A stretch of 64,000 nt of DNA from Candidatus Pyrohabitans jungbluthii (GCA_002010065.2 MTMD02000002.1:480001-544000); one strand, 5' to 3'; counted from the first letter of the stretch, positions 31,338 to 40,910 are shown. Made by a program: numbers and translations. The notes: generated from the sequence alone by a model not told the origin.

Positions 31338-33149
31338 CTACGCCTTGTCTCCTAGCACCAGCCTCGGGTTTATCCCGAGGGACCTTAGCTCATCCAATAG
31401 AAGCTTGAAGGCATAGCTCACCTCAACCTCAGCAGCTTCGCTCTCCCTGCCGCAGATAGCGCAGTATATGGTGTCGCGTATCTTGTCGTACACCGCTATC
31501 GTACCACAGCGCTCGCATACGAGCATTGTATGGCGGTCGCTCTCATCGAGCAGACGCTCCTTGAGCAGCAGCGCCGCGCCGTAGCCTATCAAACAATCGC
31601 GCTCCATTTCACCAAAGCGCAGGCCACCTTCGCGCGCTCTTCCTTCTGTGGGCTGCCTCGTTAAGACCTGCACAGGTCCTCGGGAGCGCGCATGTATCTT
31701 GCCTGCGACCATGTGGTGGAGCTTCTGGTAGTAAGCCACGCCTATGAATATCTCAGCCTCAAAAATCTCGCCCGTCATGCCGTTGTACATTATCTCCCTA
31801 CCTGTGCTCTTAAAGCCGTGCCTCTTGAGCGCCTCGCGCAGGTCCTCTTCGCGCTCTCCTGAGAAGGGTGTGCCATCAACGCGGCGTCCCTCAAGGCTGG
31901 CGACTTTACCACCGAGCATCTCCAGCACTTGACCGACAGTCATTCTCGAGGGTATCGCGTGGGGGTTGATTATTAAATCAGGGATAATGCCGTCTTCGGT
32001 AAATGGCATGTCCTCCTGGGGCAGAATTAGGCCCATGACACCCTTCTGCCCGTGCCTCGAAGCGAATTTATCGCCCAGCTCAGGTATTCGCTGGTCGCGC
32101 ACGCGTATCTTAACCAGGCGATTTCCATTGGTGTTCTCTGTGAGCATCACCATATCGACGACGCCATCCTCACCATGGCGCACTGTTATCGACGTCTCGC
32201 GTCGCTTTTCGCGGATTAAGCCGTACTCGCTCACCTCCTCAAGGAAGCGTGGGGGCGAGGTCTTGCCTATGAGCACATGCCCCGAGCGTACCTCGCTCTC
32301 GGGCTCGATTAAACCATCCTCACCCAGGTAGGCGTACGCCTCCTCGTCGCGGTAGCCGCGAATCTCGGGGTCTGGTATCTCAAACACATCCATCTGCCCG
32401 CCTGGATAGCGCCGCTCCTCCGCCTCGTAGCTCCTGAAGAAGGTACTCCTAGCTAAGCCTCGCTCTATCGAGGCTTTGTTCATTATGAGCGCATCTTCCA
32501 TGTTGTACCCGCAGTAAGAGAGCACAGCCACAACGAAATTCTGCCCTGCGGCACGGGCGTCGTAGCCAATTGCCTCCATTATATCCGTCTTAACCAGGGG
32601 CGTCTGAGGGTAATGCAGAAGATGAGCTCGCGTATCTGTGCGGTACCTGAAGTTGGAGGCGTAGAACCCAAGAGCCTGCTTGCTCATACCAGCGCCCATG
32701 GTATTTCTCGGAGAGGAGTTGTACTCTGGGAAAGGCAAAATCGAAGTGCAGACACCAAGCATGAGTAGCGGGTCGATTTCAAGGTGGGTGTGCTCCTCTG
32801 TAACCTCCTCTGGGGTCATGGCTATGTAAGCGTTCTCCTCCTCCTCTGAGTCGAGGTACTCTATCTTGCCCTGCGCCACGAGGTCGTCGAAGGTGAGTTC
32901 TCCCCTTCGAACAGCCTCTATATCCTCCTCTGTGACCAGGGGCTTGCCGTCTTCCACTACTATGAGAGGGCGCCTTGCTCTGCCCTCGTCGGTGTTTATG
33001 TATACCTCCTGAGTATCACTGTAAAAAGCTACATTTGTTTGAGGGGATATCTTACCTTCGCGCCTTGCGCGCTTTATCGCCTCAACCAGAGCAAGAGGGT
33101 CCTCGTGCTTGCCTATGAGGTTTCCATTAACGTAAACATTCGCTTCCAT
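31338..33149 (-). CDS. rpoB1: RNA polymerase subunit B' (Rpo2C)
   Basis: [22 protein letters not shown]. Confidence 0.97.
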   Translation of the reverse strand: MEANVYVNGNLIGKHEDPLALVEAIKRARREGKISPQTNVAFYSDTQEVYINTDEGRARRPLIVVEDGKPLVTEEDIEAVRRGELTFDDLVAQGKIEYLDSEEEENAYIAMTPEEVTEEHTHLEIDPLLMLGVCTSILPFPEYNSSPRNTMGAGMSKQALGFYASNFRYRTDTRAHLLHYPQTPLVKTDIMEAIGYDARAAGQNFVVAVLSYCGYNMEDALIMNKASIERGLARSTFFRSYEAEERRYPGGQMDVFEIPDPEIRGYRDEEAYAYLGEDGLIEPESEVRSGHVLIGKTSPPRFLEEVSEYGLIREKRRETSITVRHGEDGVVDMVMLTENTNGNRLVKIRVRDQRIPELGDKFASRHGQKGVMGLILPQEDMPFTEDGIIPDLIINPHAIPSRMTVGQVLEMLGGKVASLEGRRVDGTPFSGEREEDLREALKRHGFKSTGREIMYNGMTGEIFEAEIFIGVAYYQKLHHMVAGKIHARSRGPVQVLTRQPTEGRAREGGLRFGEMERDCLIGYGAALLLKERLLDESDRHTMLVCERCGTIAVYDKIRDTIYCAICGRESEAAEVEVSYAFKLLLDELRSLGINPRLVLGDKA

Positions 33150-34634
33150 CTACAGCCCCTCCTTCTGTATTGGCTTTACCCCTAAATCATAGAGGAAGGG
33201 TATGAGCTCCTTTTCGGGGTAGCCTGTGGAGAACTCGCAGGCAAGGGCTAAGTTCTTCACCAGACCGCAGTTTGGTCCTTCTGGCGTCTCACTTGGGCAT
33301 ATCCTGCCAAACTGCGTTGGGTGCAGGTCTCGCGCCTCGAAGTGAGGCTGCGACCGCGAGAGCGGCGAAACAACGCGGCGAAGATGGGAGACAACGCTTA
33401 GATAATTTGTCCTGTCCAGAAGTTGGCTCACGCCGGCTCTGCCTCCCACCCAGTTTCCTGTAGCCAGAGCGTGGCGTATCCTCTCTGTTAGCACGTCCGC
33501 TCGCACTGCGGTGTGCACACTGGGCTCCTTCCCGCGCACGACTGCACGCTCTAACTGGTATTTTATGTCTCTGGTGAGGTTGTAAAATGCCACGCGGAAC
33601 AGGTCCTCCATTAAATCTCCCGCCAAGCGCAGGCGCTTGTTAGCGTAGTGGTCTTTATCGTCGGGGTCGCGCTTCCCCTGCGCCAGCTCAAGCACGCGCA
33701 GCACCATTCTTCCCAAGTAGTGCGCCTTTCTCAGTCTGTCCTCGGGCTCAACACCTATGTGCGGGAGCAGGTAGCGGTCTATTACCTGCTCCGCCCGCTT
33801 AAGGCGGTACTCCCTTGTTTGCCCGGCGGCGACCTTCTTGCCTATGTACTCCATTGCCATCTCCTTTGTTTTTATCTGGATGTGCTCCTCCAGGTTGAGC
33901 AGTATATCGTGAGTATACGCGGGGTCGTCAGAGATGGTCTCCATTATCTCCTTATCGGTTTCCACTCCCAGGGCGCGCATCAGTATCACCAGGGGGATAC
34001 TCCCAGGCACAGAGGGGAAATTCACCCCAATTAAGCCATCTCTGTCCCTCTCCACTGTCACAAGCGCCCTGAAGCCGCCCCGCCTCGAGAACACCTTCGC
34101 CACTTCTGTTATCTTGGAGTACTCCTCCCCCTTTTCCAGCATTATCTTGTTCGGGGCGAGGTCCTCTATTGTTACAAGCACCCTCTCGGAGCCGTTGACT
34201 ATGAAGTACCCACCAGGGTCGAGGGGGTCTTCGCCAAGAGCGATGAGCTCCTCGTCGCTCTTGCCATAGAGGTTGCATATCTTGGATTTTATCATCGTTG
34301 GAAGCATACCTATCTTAACCCTCTCAAACTCGCCCTCACGCTCCTCCTTGCGCAGCTTCATTTCCAGGTAAACGGGTGAGAAGTAGCTCAGGTTGCGCAG
34401 CCTCGCTTCCATAGGCGTGATCTTATTCCTGGAACCGTCTGCCTCGATAACCTCAGCGGTGTCTACAAAGATGTTACCCAGCTCCACCTCAACGCCCACG
34501 TCCGTCTCAATAATCTTAGTCTCATCCACTATCTCCTGCAGGCGGTTCTCTATGAAGTCGTTAAAGGAGTCTACGTGCTGCCTCACGAGTTCGCGCTTCA
34601 TCAAAAATGACTTTAAAACAGGCTTCCTGTCCAT
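33150..34634 (-). CDS. rpoB2: RNA polymerase subunit B'' (Rpo2N)
   Basis: DPGGYFIVNGSE, ETPEGPNCGLVKN. Confidence 0.97.
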   Translation of the reverse strand: MDRKPVLKSFLMKRELVRQHVDSFNDFIENRLQEIVDETKIIETDVGVEVELGNIFVDTAEVIEADGSRNKITPMEARLRNLSYFSPVYLEMKLRKEEREGEFERVKIGMLPTMIKSKICNLYGKSDEELIALGEDPLDPGGYFIVNGSERVLVTIEDLAPNKIMLEKGEEYSKITEVAKVFSRRGGFRALVTVERDRDGLIGVNFPSVPGSIPLVILMRALGVETDKEIMETISDDPAYTHDILLNLEEHIQIKTKEMAMEYIGKKVAAGQTREYRLKRAEQVIDRYLLPHIGVEPEDRLRKAHYLGRMVLRVLELAQGKRDPDDKDHYANKRLRLAGDLMEDLFRVAFYNLTRDIKYQLERAVVRGKEPSVHTAVRADVLTERIRHALATGNWVGGRAGVSQLLDRTNYLSVVSHLRRVVSPLSRSQPHFEARDLHPTQFGRICPSETPEGPNCGLVKNLALACEFSTGYPEKELIPFLYDLGVKPIQKEGL

Positions 34635-34646
34635 AACCTACGCCTC

Positions 34647-34886
34647 CTATTCATTAACAACCACGCGGTAGTAAACGCTTTCCCCGGCGGTCTTGCTCTT
34701 CCTGGTAATCTTAATTATGTCCCCTACCTTGGCTTTAATCTTCTGCACCATTGGATCATTCTTCAATATCTTCGGAAGCTGTCCCCTGCTTATGTTCAGC
34801 TCTTCCAAGAGCTTTTTCGCCTCCTCCTCACTCAACACCTCATGCTTTGGCACCAACTCATGCTTGGAAATATCTACCCTTCTCAC
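34647..34886 (-). CDS. rpoH: RNA polymerase subunit H (Rpo5)
   Basis: HELVPKHEVL, LPKI..NDP, RKSKTAG. Confidence 0.96.
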   Translation of the reverse strand: MRRVDISKHELVPKHEVLSEEEAKKLLEELNISRGQLPKILKNDPMVQKIKAKVGDIIKITRKSKTAGESVYYRVVVNE

Positions 34887-34926
34887 ACCACATCACCTTT
34901 TTTAGCAGTACCCCTCGACACCAGCC

Positions 34927-34953
34927 GTCACCCGCAGCAAAGCTGCGGACAAC
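34927..34953. repeat. Short palindromic element (REP-like)
   Basis: GTCACCCGCAGCAAAGCTGCGGACAAC; shares ACCCGCAGCAAAGCT with 35241-35267. Confidence 0.6.
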
Positions 34954-35125
34954 CATAGGTATACGGGCCCGACATGATTCAGAACGCAACCACAGTTGGT
35001 TGCATCCACATACTGCGGTATTTCCCTCCAGTCAATACCGCGATTATTCCCCTCGTGTTTACCCTCATATCCCCGTCGGGGGGGGGTATACCTAAGGGGA
35101 GGGGTATTCCCCTCTCCTGGATATG

Positions 35126-35200
35126 CGGGCCCGACGGGATTTGAACCCGCGACTCTCGGCTTAAAAGGCCGATGCTCTAACCAGACTGAGCTACGGGCCC
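35126..35200 (-). tRNA. tRNA-Lys(TTT)
   Basis: GGGCCCG stem, TCGGC-CTTTTAA-GCCGA, GTTCAAAT. Confidence 0.95.
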
Positions 35201-35207
35201 TCTCAGC

Positions 35208-35267
35208 GTTACCCGGAAGCGGAGCTTCCAGTGTGACGTAGTTACCCGCAGCAAAGCTACGGGTGAC
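35208..35267. repeat. Two tandem short palindromic elements with GTTACCCG...GTGAC ends
   Basis: 35208-35237 GTTACCCGGAAGCGGAGCTTCCAGTGTGAC and 35241-35267 GTTACCCGCAGCAAAGCTACGGGTGAC. Confidence 0.6.
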
Positions 35268-35361
35268 TAAATTACCCGAAACATTACCAATAGAAAAATC
35301 GCTGTTCCGTGCAAATCTTCCCTCGCTCATTTCGTGCTACCTCATTTATGGAAAGGAAAAA

Positions 35362-35436
35362 CGCCCTGGTCGGGATTTGAACCCGAGTCACAGGAGTGAC
35401 AGTCCTGTATGATAGGCCGAGCTACACCACCAGGGC
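35362..35436 (-). tRNA. tRNA-Asp(GTC)
   Basis: GCCCTGG stem, CAGGA-CTGTCAC-TCCTG, GTTCAAAT. Confidence 0.95.
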
Positions 35437-35493
35437 GTGGTGAGATTACATTCACTTTCACTCCTGCTGCTCTGTCAAAAGGGTGAGGATGAG

Positions 35494-35620
35494 TGGGCTG
35501 GCGGCGTCCCCGGCTTCCCGAGGGCTCTCGCACCTCAGTACCACCGGGATCGCTGGAGGACTTTACTTCCGTGTTCGGATGGGAACGGGTGTGGCCCCTC
35601 CGCTGTGGCCGCCATACCCT
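35494..35620 (-). rRNA. rrf: 5S rRNA (ends approximate)
   Basis: GGCGGCCACAGCG...CCCGTTCCCATCCGAACACGGAAGTAAAG...CCGCCA. Confidence 0.93.
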
Positions 35621-35649
35621 GTGCGATTGCTGTGCAATCGCCTCCGTGG

Positions 35650-35657
35650 TATTTAAA
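35650..35657 (-). promoter_or_regulatory. TATA box for the 5S-tRNA-Asp-tRNA-Lys transcript
   Basis: TTTAAATA with an A-rich BRE-like run, about 30 nt upstream of the 5S. Confidence 0.55.
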
Positions 35658-35735
35658 TTTTGCGCTGACAAAATTTCCGATTATCCTTTACACGAGATAA
35701 CCTATGTAAATATTATGGTAATGCATTCGTGTGCA

Positions 35736-36284
35736 TCACAATATGAATACCGCTGCTGCTACCACGGTGGTCCACTTTCCGTCCTGAGCCACCACAGCGC
35801 TCTGGGTGACATTGAAGGTCTTGACAATCTTCCCGCTCATCATAAAGATATCCTTGCGTTCGTCGTAGTCCCTATCGGGGTCGAAGTCGATGCCCAGCGT
35901 CGTAGCCAGCATAGTCGCCGCCAAATCTTCGGCGTATTCGCCAGCCTCTTTCTCACTCTGCCCGAAGCTGTGGTGCTCGCTCAGGTAGCCGTACACGTTC
36001 CTGTCCTTTGGCACTGCGCATCCCACGGAGGCAGAGATCAAGCGGTGGGGTTCGTTGCTTGCATTCTCGCTCAGGACGCAGAAGACTATCTCACCTGGGC
36101 TCAACTCCTTTAACCCTTCTTCTCTGGGTACAATCTCGCAGTGAGGCGGGAGTATACTGGAGACGCGAACCAAATTGAACTTCTCTATGCCCGCGTCGCG
36201 AAGAGCCATCTCAAATGAAGAGAGCCTCTCCCTGTGTCTGCCCACGCCACTGGTGAAAAACACTTTACGAGGAATCATTCTCAT
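35736..36284 (-). CDS. pdaD: Pyruvoyl-dependent arginine decarboxylase
   Basis: [25 protein letters not shown] cleavage motif. Confidence 0.92.
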   Translation of the reverse strand: MRMIPRKVFFTSGVGRHRERLSSFEMALRDAGIEKFNLVRVSSILPPHCEIVPREEGLKELSPGEIVFCVLSENASNEPHRLISASVGCAVPKDRNVYGYLSEHHSFGQSEKEAGEYAEDLAATMLATTLGIDFDPDRDYDERKDIFMMSGKIVKTFNVTQSAVVAQDGKWTTVVAAAVFIL

Positions 36285-36353
36285 GCAGAGTCGCTTAGTT
36301 TTCTAACATGTGCAGAAATTTAAAATTGAAAAGTTTTTAAAATTGAAAAAGCG

Positions 36354-36782
36354 TTAAGGCACAGGATAGCCTGCGCGCTGCCAAGCTACTATTCCGCCTT
36401 TAAGGTAGTAAACGTTGGTGTAGCCGAGCTCATACAATGCTTTAATCGCCGGAAAGCTCATGGGGCCTGTTTTGCAGTACACCACTATCTTGGTTGACTT
36501 GTCCTTTGGCAGCCTATCTGCATAGCGCTTTATCTGGTTGTAGGGTATGAAGGCGTCTGTGCCCCGTATGTGGGTCTGCTCCGGTATGTGGACATCCAGC
36601 AGAAAGATATCCTCGCCGCTGTCCAGCATCGCCTTTAACTCCTGCGGGGTTATTCCCCGGTACTCTACCTTCACCACCTGGGGTGCCTGCGTCACCTGAA
36701 CTTGCGTGCTCGCCTCTTTCTGAGCGCAGCCCGCGAAGAGCAAAAGAGCCGCCAGCAGAATAATACCCACTATTCTGTTCAT
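36354..36782 (-). CDS. Rhodanese-domain lipoprotein
   Basis: LLFAGC lipobox; LLDV, HIRG, VYCKTG, LKGGIVAW. Confidence 0.85.
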   Translation of the reverse strand: MNRIVGIILLAALLLFAGCAQKEASTQVQVTQAPQVVKVEYRGITPQELKAMLDSGEDIFLLDVHIPEQTHIRGTDAFIPYNQIKRYADRLPKDKSTKIVVYCKTGPMSFPAIKALYELGYTNVYYLKGGIVAWQRAGYPVP

Positions 36783-36816
36783 ACCTGTGTATCACCTTTT
36801 AACATCATATGAATAT

Positions 36817-37488
36817 TTAGAAACCCCGCCTGTATATCTCCCTGCTCAGGTACATGAATGGCGTGTCGAGGGCGGCTATAGCTAGCTTGACCACATACTG
36901 CCCCAGAATCATACCAGAGATGGGAAAAACTCCGTAGAAGGCGATGGTTATGAAAAGCGAGGTGTCTATAAACTGCGACACCATTGTGGAGGCATTATTC
37001 CTGAGCCACAGGTACTTGCCACCTGTCTTCTGCTTCCAGAAGTGAAACGCAATGACGTCGAAGTGCTGCGAGACTAAATAGGCGAGCATTGAAGCTAAGA
37101 CTATCCGCGGCACAAGGGAGAAGAGCGTCTCGAAGGCTTCCTGATGCTGCCAGAAGGGCGCAGGAGGTAAGTGCACCGCAACAGCGATTACCGCCACTAG
37201 GATAACATTCGCATAGAAGCCTGCCCACACAGCGCGGTGCGCCTCGCGCTTTGAGTAGAACTCTGAGAGCATATCCGTCAGGAGGAAAGTTACGGAGTAG
37301 GCTACAACCGCCGCTGGTACAGCGAAGCCAGCGATGGTGGTTATCTTCACCGCAGTTATATTTGCGATAACCACAAGTGCCGCGAACGTCGCAACGAGAA
37401 AGTCGCTGCTCCTGGTGCGCTTGGCTATGTAGCTTGCCGCCACACAGAAAGAGAGGATGAGCAGAGCCCAGGCTGCGAAGACGAGCAT
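36817..37488 (-). CDS. YhhQ/Vut_1 (DUF165) 7-deazaguanine precursor transporter
   Basis: FLLTDMLSE, SQHFDV, LWLRNNASTMVSQFIDT, ALDTPF. Confidence 0.88.
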   Translation of the reverse strand: MLVFAAWALLILSFCVAASYIAKRTRSSDFLVATFAALVVIANITAVKITTIAGFAVPAAVVAYSVTFLLTDMLSEFYSKREAHRAVWAGFYANVILVAVIAVAVHLPPAPFWQHQEAFETLFSLVPRIVLASMLAYLVSQHFDVIAFHFWKQKTGGKYLWLRNNASTMVSQFIDTSLFITIAFYGVFPISGMILGQYVVKLAIAALDTPFMYLSREIYRRGF

Positions 37489-37532
37489 GTGGAATATTCA
37501 ACGCTTGGAGGTTATATCTTTTACTGACGCTC

Positions 37533-37743
37533 CTGAGAAACAGGCTATGCACTATACAACGGCATAAATGCATCGCCTTCGAAAGAATCGTCAGCTTAAT
37601 TTCAGGGTTGTATGAAACTGCAGGAAAGCTGGAAAAATGGATAAAGAAGACATTAAAAGCTCCGAGAGGAGCTGAGCTCTCTCTGAGATAAAACGCTAGG
37701 CGTACTACTCTACGGCTCGGTGGCGAGGGGTGAATACTACTGA
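37533..37743 (+). pseudogene. Decayed HEPN (DUF86) and minimal nucleotidyltransferase fragments
   Basis: LRNRL.../YNGIN/IAFERIVSLISGLYETAGKLEKWIKK across frameshifts, then LREELSSL*DKTLGVLLYGSVARGEYY*. Confidence 0.55.
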
Positions 37744-37745
37744 CT

Positions 37746-38612
37746 TTATAGGGAGGAGAAGAGGAGGTAAGCTAAAAACACGCATGCCAAGTGGGCATTG
37801 CTGAGCCTGAACAGGCTAAGCTGTAGCGCGGGGGAATAGCTGCGATACGCTCGAAGGCACAGCCTGAGCAGTGGATAGGAGAGTAGCCCAAATATTGTAA
37901 GCGCAACAAGAGTTGCCTCGCTTGTGAGGAAGAGTAAAAGTGCATCGAAGAGGTAGAGGAGAGCGAAGAGAATTATGAGCTTGTGCACCCTCTGGCTCCT
38001 CTCCACCACCGGGAGCATGGGAACGCCAGCCCTGCGGTAGTCATTGCTGTAGAAAATCGCAAGACTCCATATGTGCACAGGAGTCCAGAAAATTATCAGC
38101 AGAGCAAGAAGTAAAGACTCAAGGGAGAGAAACTCACCTGTCATAGCTGAGTATGCCCCAAGCACCGGGGCAGCGCCTCCAGGCGAGGCGATGAGCACAT
38201 TCCATGGCGTCGCCCTCTTGAGCTTCCAGTTGTAGCTCAGTACCATTGCAGAGCCGAGCACGCCCCAGAAGGTGACGTATGGGTTTAGAAGGAAGGTTAT
38301 ACCCAAGCCAGAGAGAAGCAGCATAGCGCCAAAGTATAGAGCCTGCCTTTCACTCACCGTTCCGCGAGGTAAAGGTCTCTGCCTGGTACGCTTCATCACC
38401 CCGTCTATATCCCTGTCCAGATAGCAGGTTAGAGTGTTTGTTCCCGCGACAGTGAGGAGCACGCTGAGCAGGAGAATTAATAACGTTGAGAGCGAGGGCT
38501 GCTTGAGATGAAGGGCCAAGCCTTCAACAAGGGCTGTAAAAAAAAGCAAAAAGAGAAGCCTGGGCTTTGTTAGTTCAATGTAGCCCAGGAGCTTATTCGA
38601 GGTGGTGCCCAT
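37746..38612 (-). CDS. ctaB: Protoheme IX farnesyltransferase (heme O synthase, CtaB/CyoE)
   Basis: LTKPR, DRDIDGVMKRTRQRPLP, FWTPVHIWSLA, DYRRAGVPMLP. Confidence 0.92.
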   Translation of the reverse strand: MGTTSNKLLGYIELTKPRLLFLLFFTALVEGLALHLKQPSLSTLLILLLSVLLTVAGTNTLTCYLDRDIDGVMKRTRQRPLPRGTVSERQALYFGAMLLLSGLGITFLLNPYVTFWGVLGSAMVLSYNWKLKRATPWNVLIASPGGAAPVLGAYSAMTGEFLSLESLLLALLIIFWTPVHIWSLAIFYSNDYRRAGVPMLPVVERSQRVHKLIILFALLYLFDALLLFLTSEATLVALTIFGLLSYPLLRLCLRAYRSYSPALQLSLFRLSNAHLACVFLAYLLFSSL

Positions 38613-40227
38613 ACTCTATGCCTCTTGCCAGCTTTCCTGCCATGAGCGTCGCTGTTATGGCTAAGCCTATGTATGCCACTGCAACCAGAGTGTAGGGTAT
38701 CCACAGCTTCTTGAACGTCAACACGCTCTCTGAGGAGAAGCTCCACAGCCCTGTGGTGCCAATGAGAGAGAGAAGCACTGATACAACGACGAGCGTCGAG
38801 AAGCCTTTGAAGGTGTTGAAGTAGCTCTTCTCTATCTTCGGCGGTGTGTATGGGTCCTCCGGTACTGGGAAGAGCAGGTGCCTGAACACGCTGGCTGCGA
38901 AGTATAGGTAGCCCACGAAGACTATCGCGCCGCCTATGATTATGCCCGGAACGAAGGGGAATCTTGCGGCAAGCACTGATTGCCAGGGTTCACCCAGTAT
39001 CCAATAGTGGTATATCTGCACAGTTCCTGCTAAGCCAAAGCTCGTAGCGAGGATCACCTGACCCACGAACATGAACCAGAAGGCTTTCTTGCCCCAGTCC
39101 ACGAAGGTCCTGTCTATGGGCTTGCCCACTAAGTCGGGAAGGGCGAAGTACAGCAGCGCTATGGCACCCATGGCGAATGCCATCATACACTCATGTCCGT
39201 GCGAAGGCGTAACCCAGGTGCCGTGCTCCCACCAGTTTGTCCACGGCCAGGTCTGCATCAAGCCAAGCAATGAGACGCCCACGAAGCCGAAGATGAGTAT
39301 GCCCACCATGAAGTACAGGCTTGGGATGTTGACAAAGGGTTGCTTGAGCTCCCTTGCTATCTTCAGCGACTCTATCGCCATTAACGCAAGAGGCACTATC
39401 TCCAGGACGCTGATTACACCGCCCAGCATTATCCAGAAAGTGGGCGTACCAATCCAGAAGTAGTGGTGTCCCTGACCTATTATGCCTGAGGTTGCAGCCA
39501 AGACAACGTCGTAGAAGATATACTTGTCCACTATCTTGCGCACCCTGGGATCTGGGATAATCAGCATCAGCACCAGGCCAATTGCTCCAGCGTAGGCTAT
39601 CTCCAGGCTTCCCTCAACCCAGTAGTGGACTGTCCACCACCTGAAGTACTCGCTGGTCGGGATGCTCTTGAAGAAGATATTCCCTGGAATGTACAGGAAG
39701 AAGGTTCCAGCGGCGCCTATCACCAGAGCCCACAGTGCCAAAGGCCACTTGCGCGGCGAGGGCAGCGTTTTCAGCACCACTAAAGCTACGATGAGGAAGC
39801 CCACGAAGACGAGCACGTCCCACAGTCTGCCCGCCTCAACGTACTCTTTACCCTCGTAGAGCAGCGGCTGATTAAAAGCCCAGATGTTGCTGCCGTTCTG
39901 CATTAAAGGCAGCGTGACGAATATGCCGATTACCACCAGCACCAGTACCGCGGCAAGGAACTTAACCAGGCCCTGACCCCAGAGTTCACGCTCACCCAGA
40001 ATTGGCGTTACATAGAACACCGCCGCGAAGGTGGCTGCGAAGAGCCAGAATATCAGCGCGTTGAGGTGGTAGGCTCTGATAAGGTTGAAGTTTGCTATGC
40101 CCGAGAGCACGTCCGGCGATATGTAGTACAGCGCCAGCAATCCGCCTGCGATGAGCTGCACCAGAAAGAGCACAAGCGCTACCGCCGCAAAGGGGAGGGC
40201 AAGCTTCTGACTCTGATATTTAACCAT
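38593..40227 (-). CDS. norB: Nitric oxide reductase large subunit NorB (heme-copper oxidase superfamily)
   Basis: HLN, GKEYVE, WWTVHYWVEGSLE, GHHYFWIG, SVLEIVP, HGH. Confidence 0.85.
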   Translation of the reverse strand: MVKYQSQKLALPFAAVALVLFLVQLIAGGLLALYYISPDVLSGIANFNLIRAYHLNALIFWLFAATFAAVFYVTPILGERELWGQGLVKFLAAVLVLVVIGIFVTLPLMQNGSNIWAFNQPLLYEGKEYVEAGRLWDVLVFVGFLIVALVVLKTLPSPRKWPLALWALVIGAAGTFFLYIPGNIFFKSIPTSEYFRWWTVHYWVEGSLEIAYAGAIGLVLMLIIPDPRVRKIVDKYIFYDVVLAATSGIIGQGHHYFWIGTPTFWIMLGGVISVLEIVPLALMAIESLKIARELKQPFVNIPSLYFMVGILIFGFVGVSLLGLMQTWPWTNWWEHGTWVTPSHGHECMMAFAMGAIALLYFALPDLVGKPIDRTFVDWGKKAFWFMFVGQVILATSFGLAGTVQIYHYWILGEPWQSVLAARFPFVPGIIIGGAIVFVGYLYFAASVFRHLLFPVPEDPYTPPKIEKSYFNTFKGFSTLVVVSVLLSLIGTTGLWSFSSESVLTFKKLWIPYTLVAVAYIGLAITATLMAGKLARGIEYGHHLE

Positions 40228-40232
40228 TCACA

Positions 40233-40910
40233 TCACCCCCTTGCATACCAGTACAGGAAGCTGTATACCAGGAAAACCGTGAAAACCATCGTAAGCACCC
40301 AGTACACTGCCCAGGCATCGAAGCTCTCGTACCAGCGCACAGTGTTCTTGTCGAAGCTGCTGGCAAAGCTGAAGTCGTTTGCCTTCATCGGGGGCCAGTT
40401 GTTGGTGTTGAGGTCGCGCAGGTACAGCATCCACGCTGTTAGCGCATCCTTCTGCCTGTCGCTGAGCTGGAATGGCATGAACTTCGTGCCCGTGTAGGCG
40501 TCTATGACACTCCTGATCTTATCTGCATCACCCGCCTTTCTGGCGCTGTAGACCAGCTCAGGGGCATAGTACGCTCCATTCCCTACGATAGTATGGCATC
40601 CCATGCAGTTGTAGTCTATGGCAACTCGCCACCCTTCGACGGCGTCAACGCCATTGTAGGTCACCTGCTCCGGCGAGGGATTGCGCTTGGCCTCTGTCAT
40701 GTCTATCGATAGTGGTGTTAAAATCACCACTATCGCTATGGAAAAAAGAACCATGAACTTCCCTAGCCGGGCGTAGGGTATCTCTTCCGCCTCTGCGCGC
40801 TTGGCTTTCCTTGCATAGTATGCATAGAGCGCAAGCGCCACTAAAATTCCTCCTATAAAGGAGGAGAAAAACAGTTTCTCATACATGAGGGCTGACATTT
40901 TACCACCCAA
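40233..40910 (-). CDS. norC: Monoheme cytochrome c subunit, NorC-like
   Basis: NCMGCHTIVGNGAYYAPEL, distal MPF, TNNWPP. Confidence 0.8.
   Translation of the reverse strand: MGGKMSALMYEKLFFSSFIGGILVALALYAYYARKAKRAEAEEIPYARLGKFMVLFSIAIVVILTPLSIDMTEAKRNPSPEQVTYNGVDAVEGWRVAIDYNCMGCHTIVGNGAYYAPELVYSARKAGDADKIRSVIDAYTGTKFMPFQLSDRQKDALTAWMLYLRDLNTNNWPPMKANDFSFASSFDKNTVRWYESFDAWAVYWVLTMVFTVFLVYSFLYWYARG

Noticed and set aside
31338-34634. Split rpoB and split rpoA as frameshifts or novelty
   Set aside because: Both splits are established features of archaeal RNA polymerases, with the B split typical of several euryarchaeal lineages.
35205-35235. CCCGGAAGCGGAGC resembling SRP RNA helix 8
   Set aside because: It is only a local hairpin inside a tRNA spacer; the rest of the 7S RNA structure is absent.
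35208-35280. Tandem GTTAC-starting repeats as a mini CRISPR array
   Set aside because: No spacers of regular length, the copies differ internally, and there are no cas genes in the window.
34902-35700. ORFs 34902-35330, 34996-35241, 35342-35671 and 35437-35700
   Set aside because: They overlap tRNA-Lys, tRNA-Asp and 5S rRNA and have no protein motifs.
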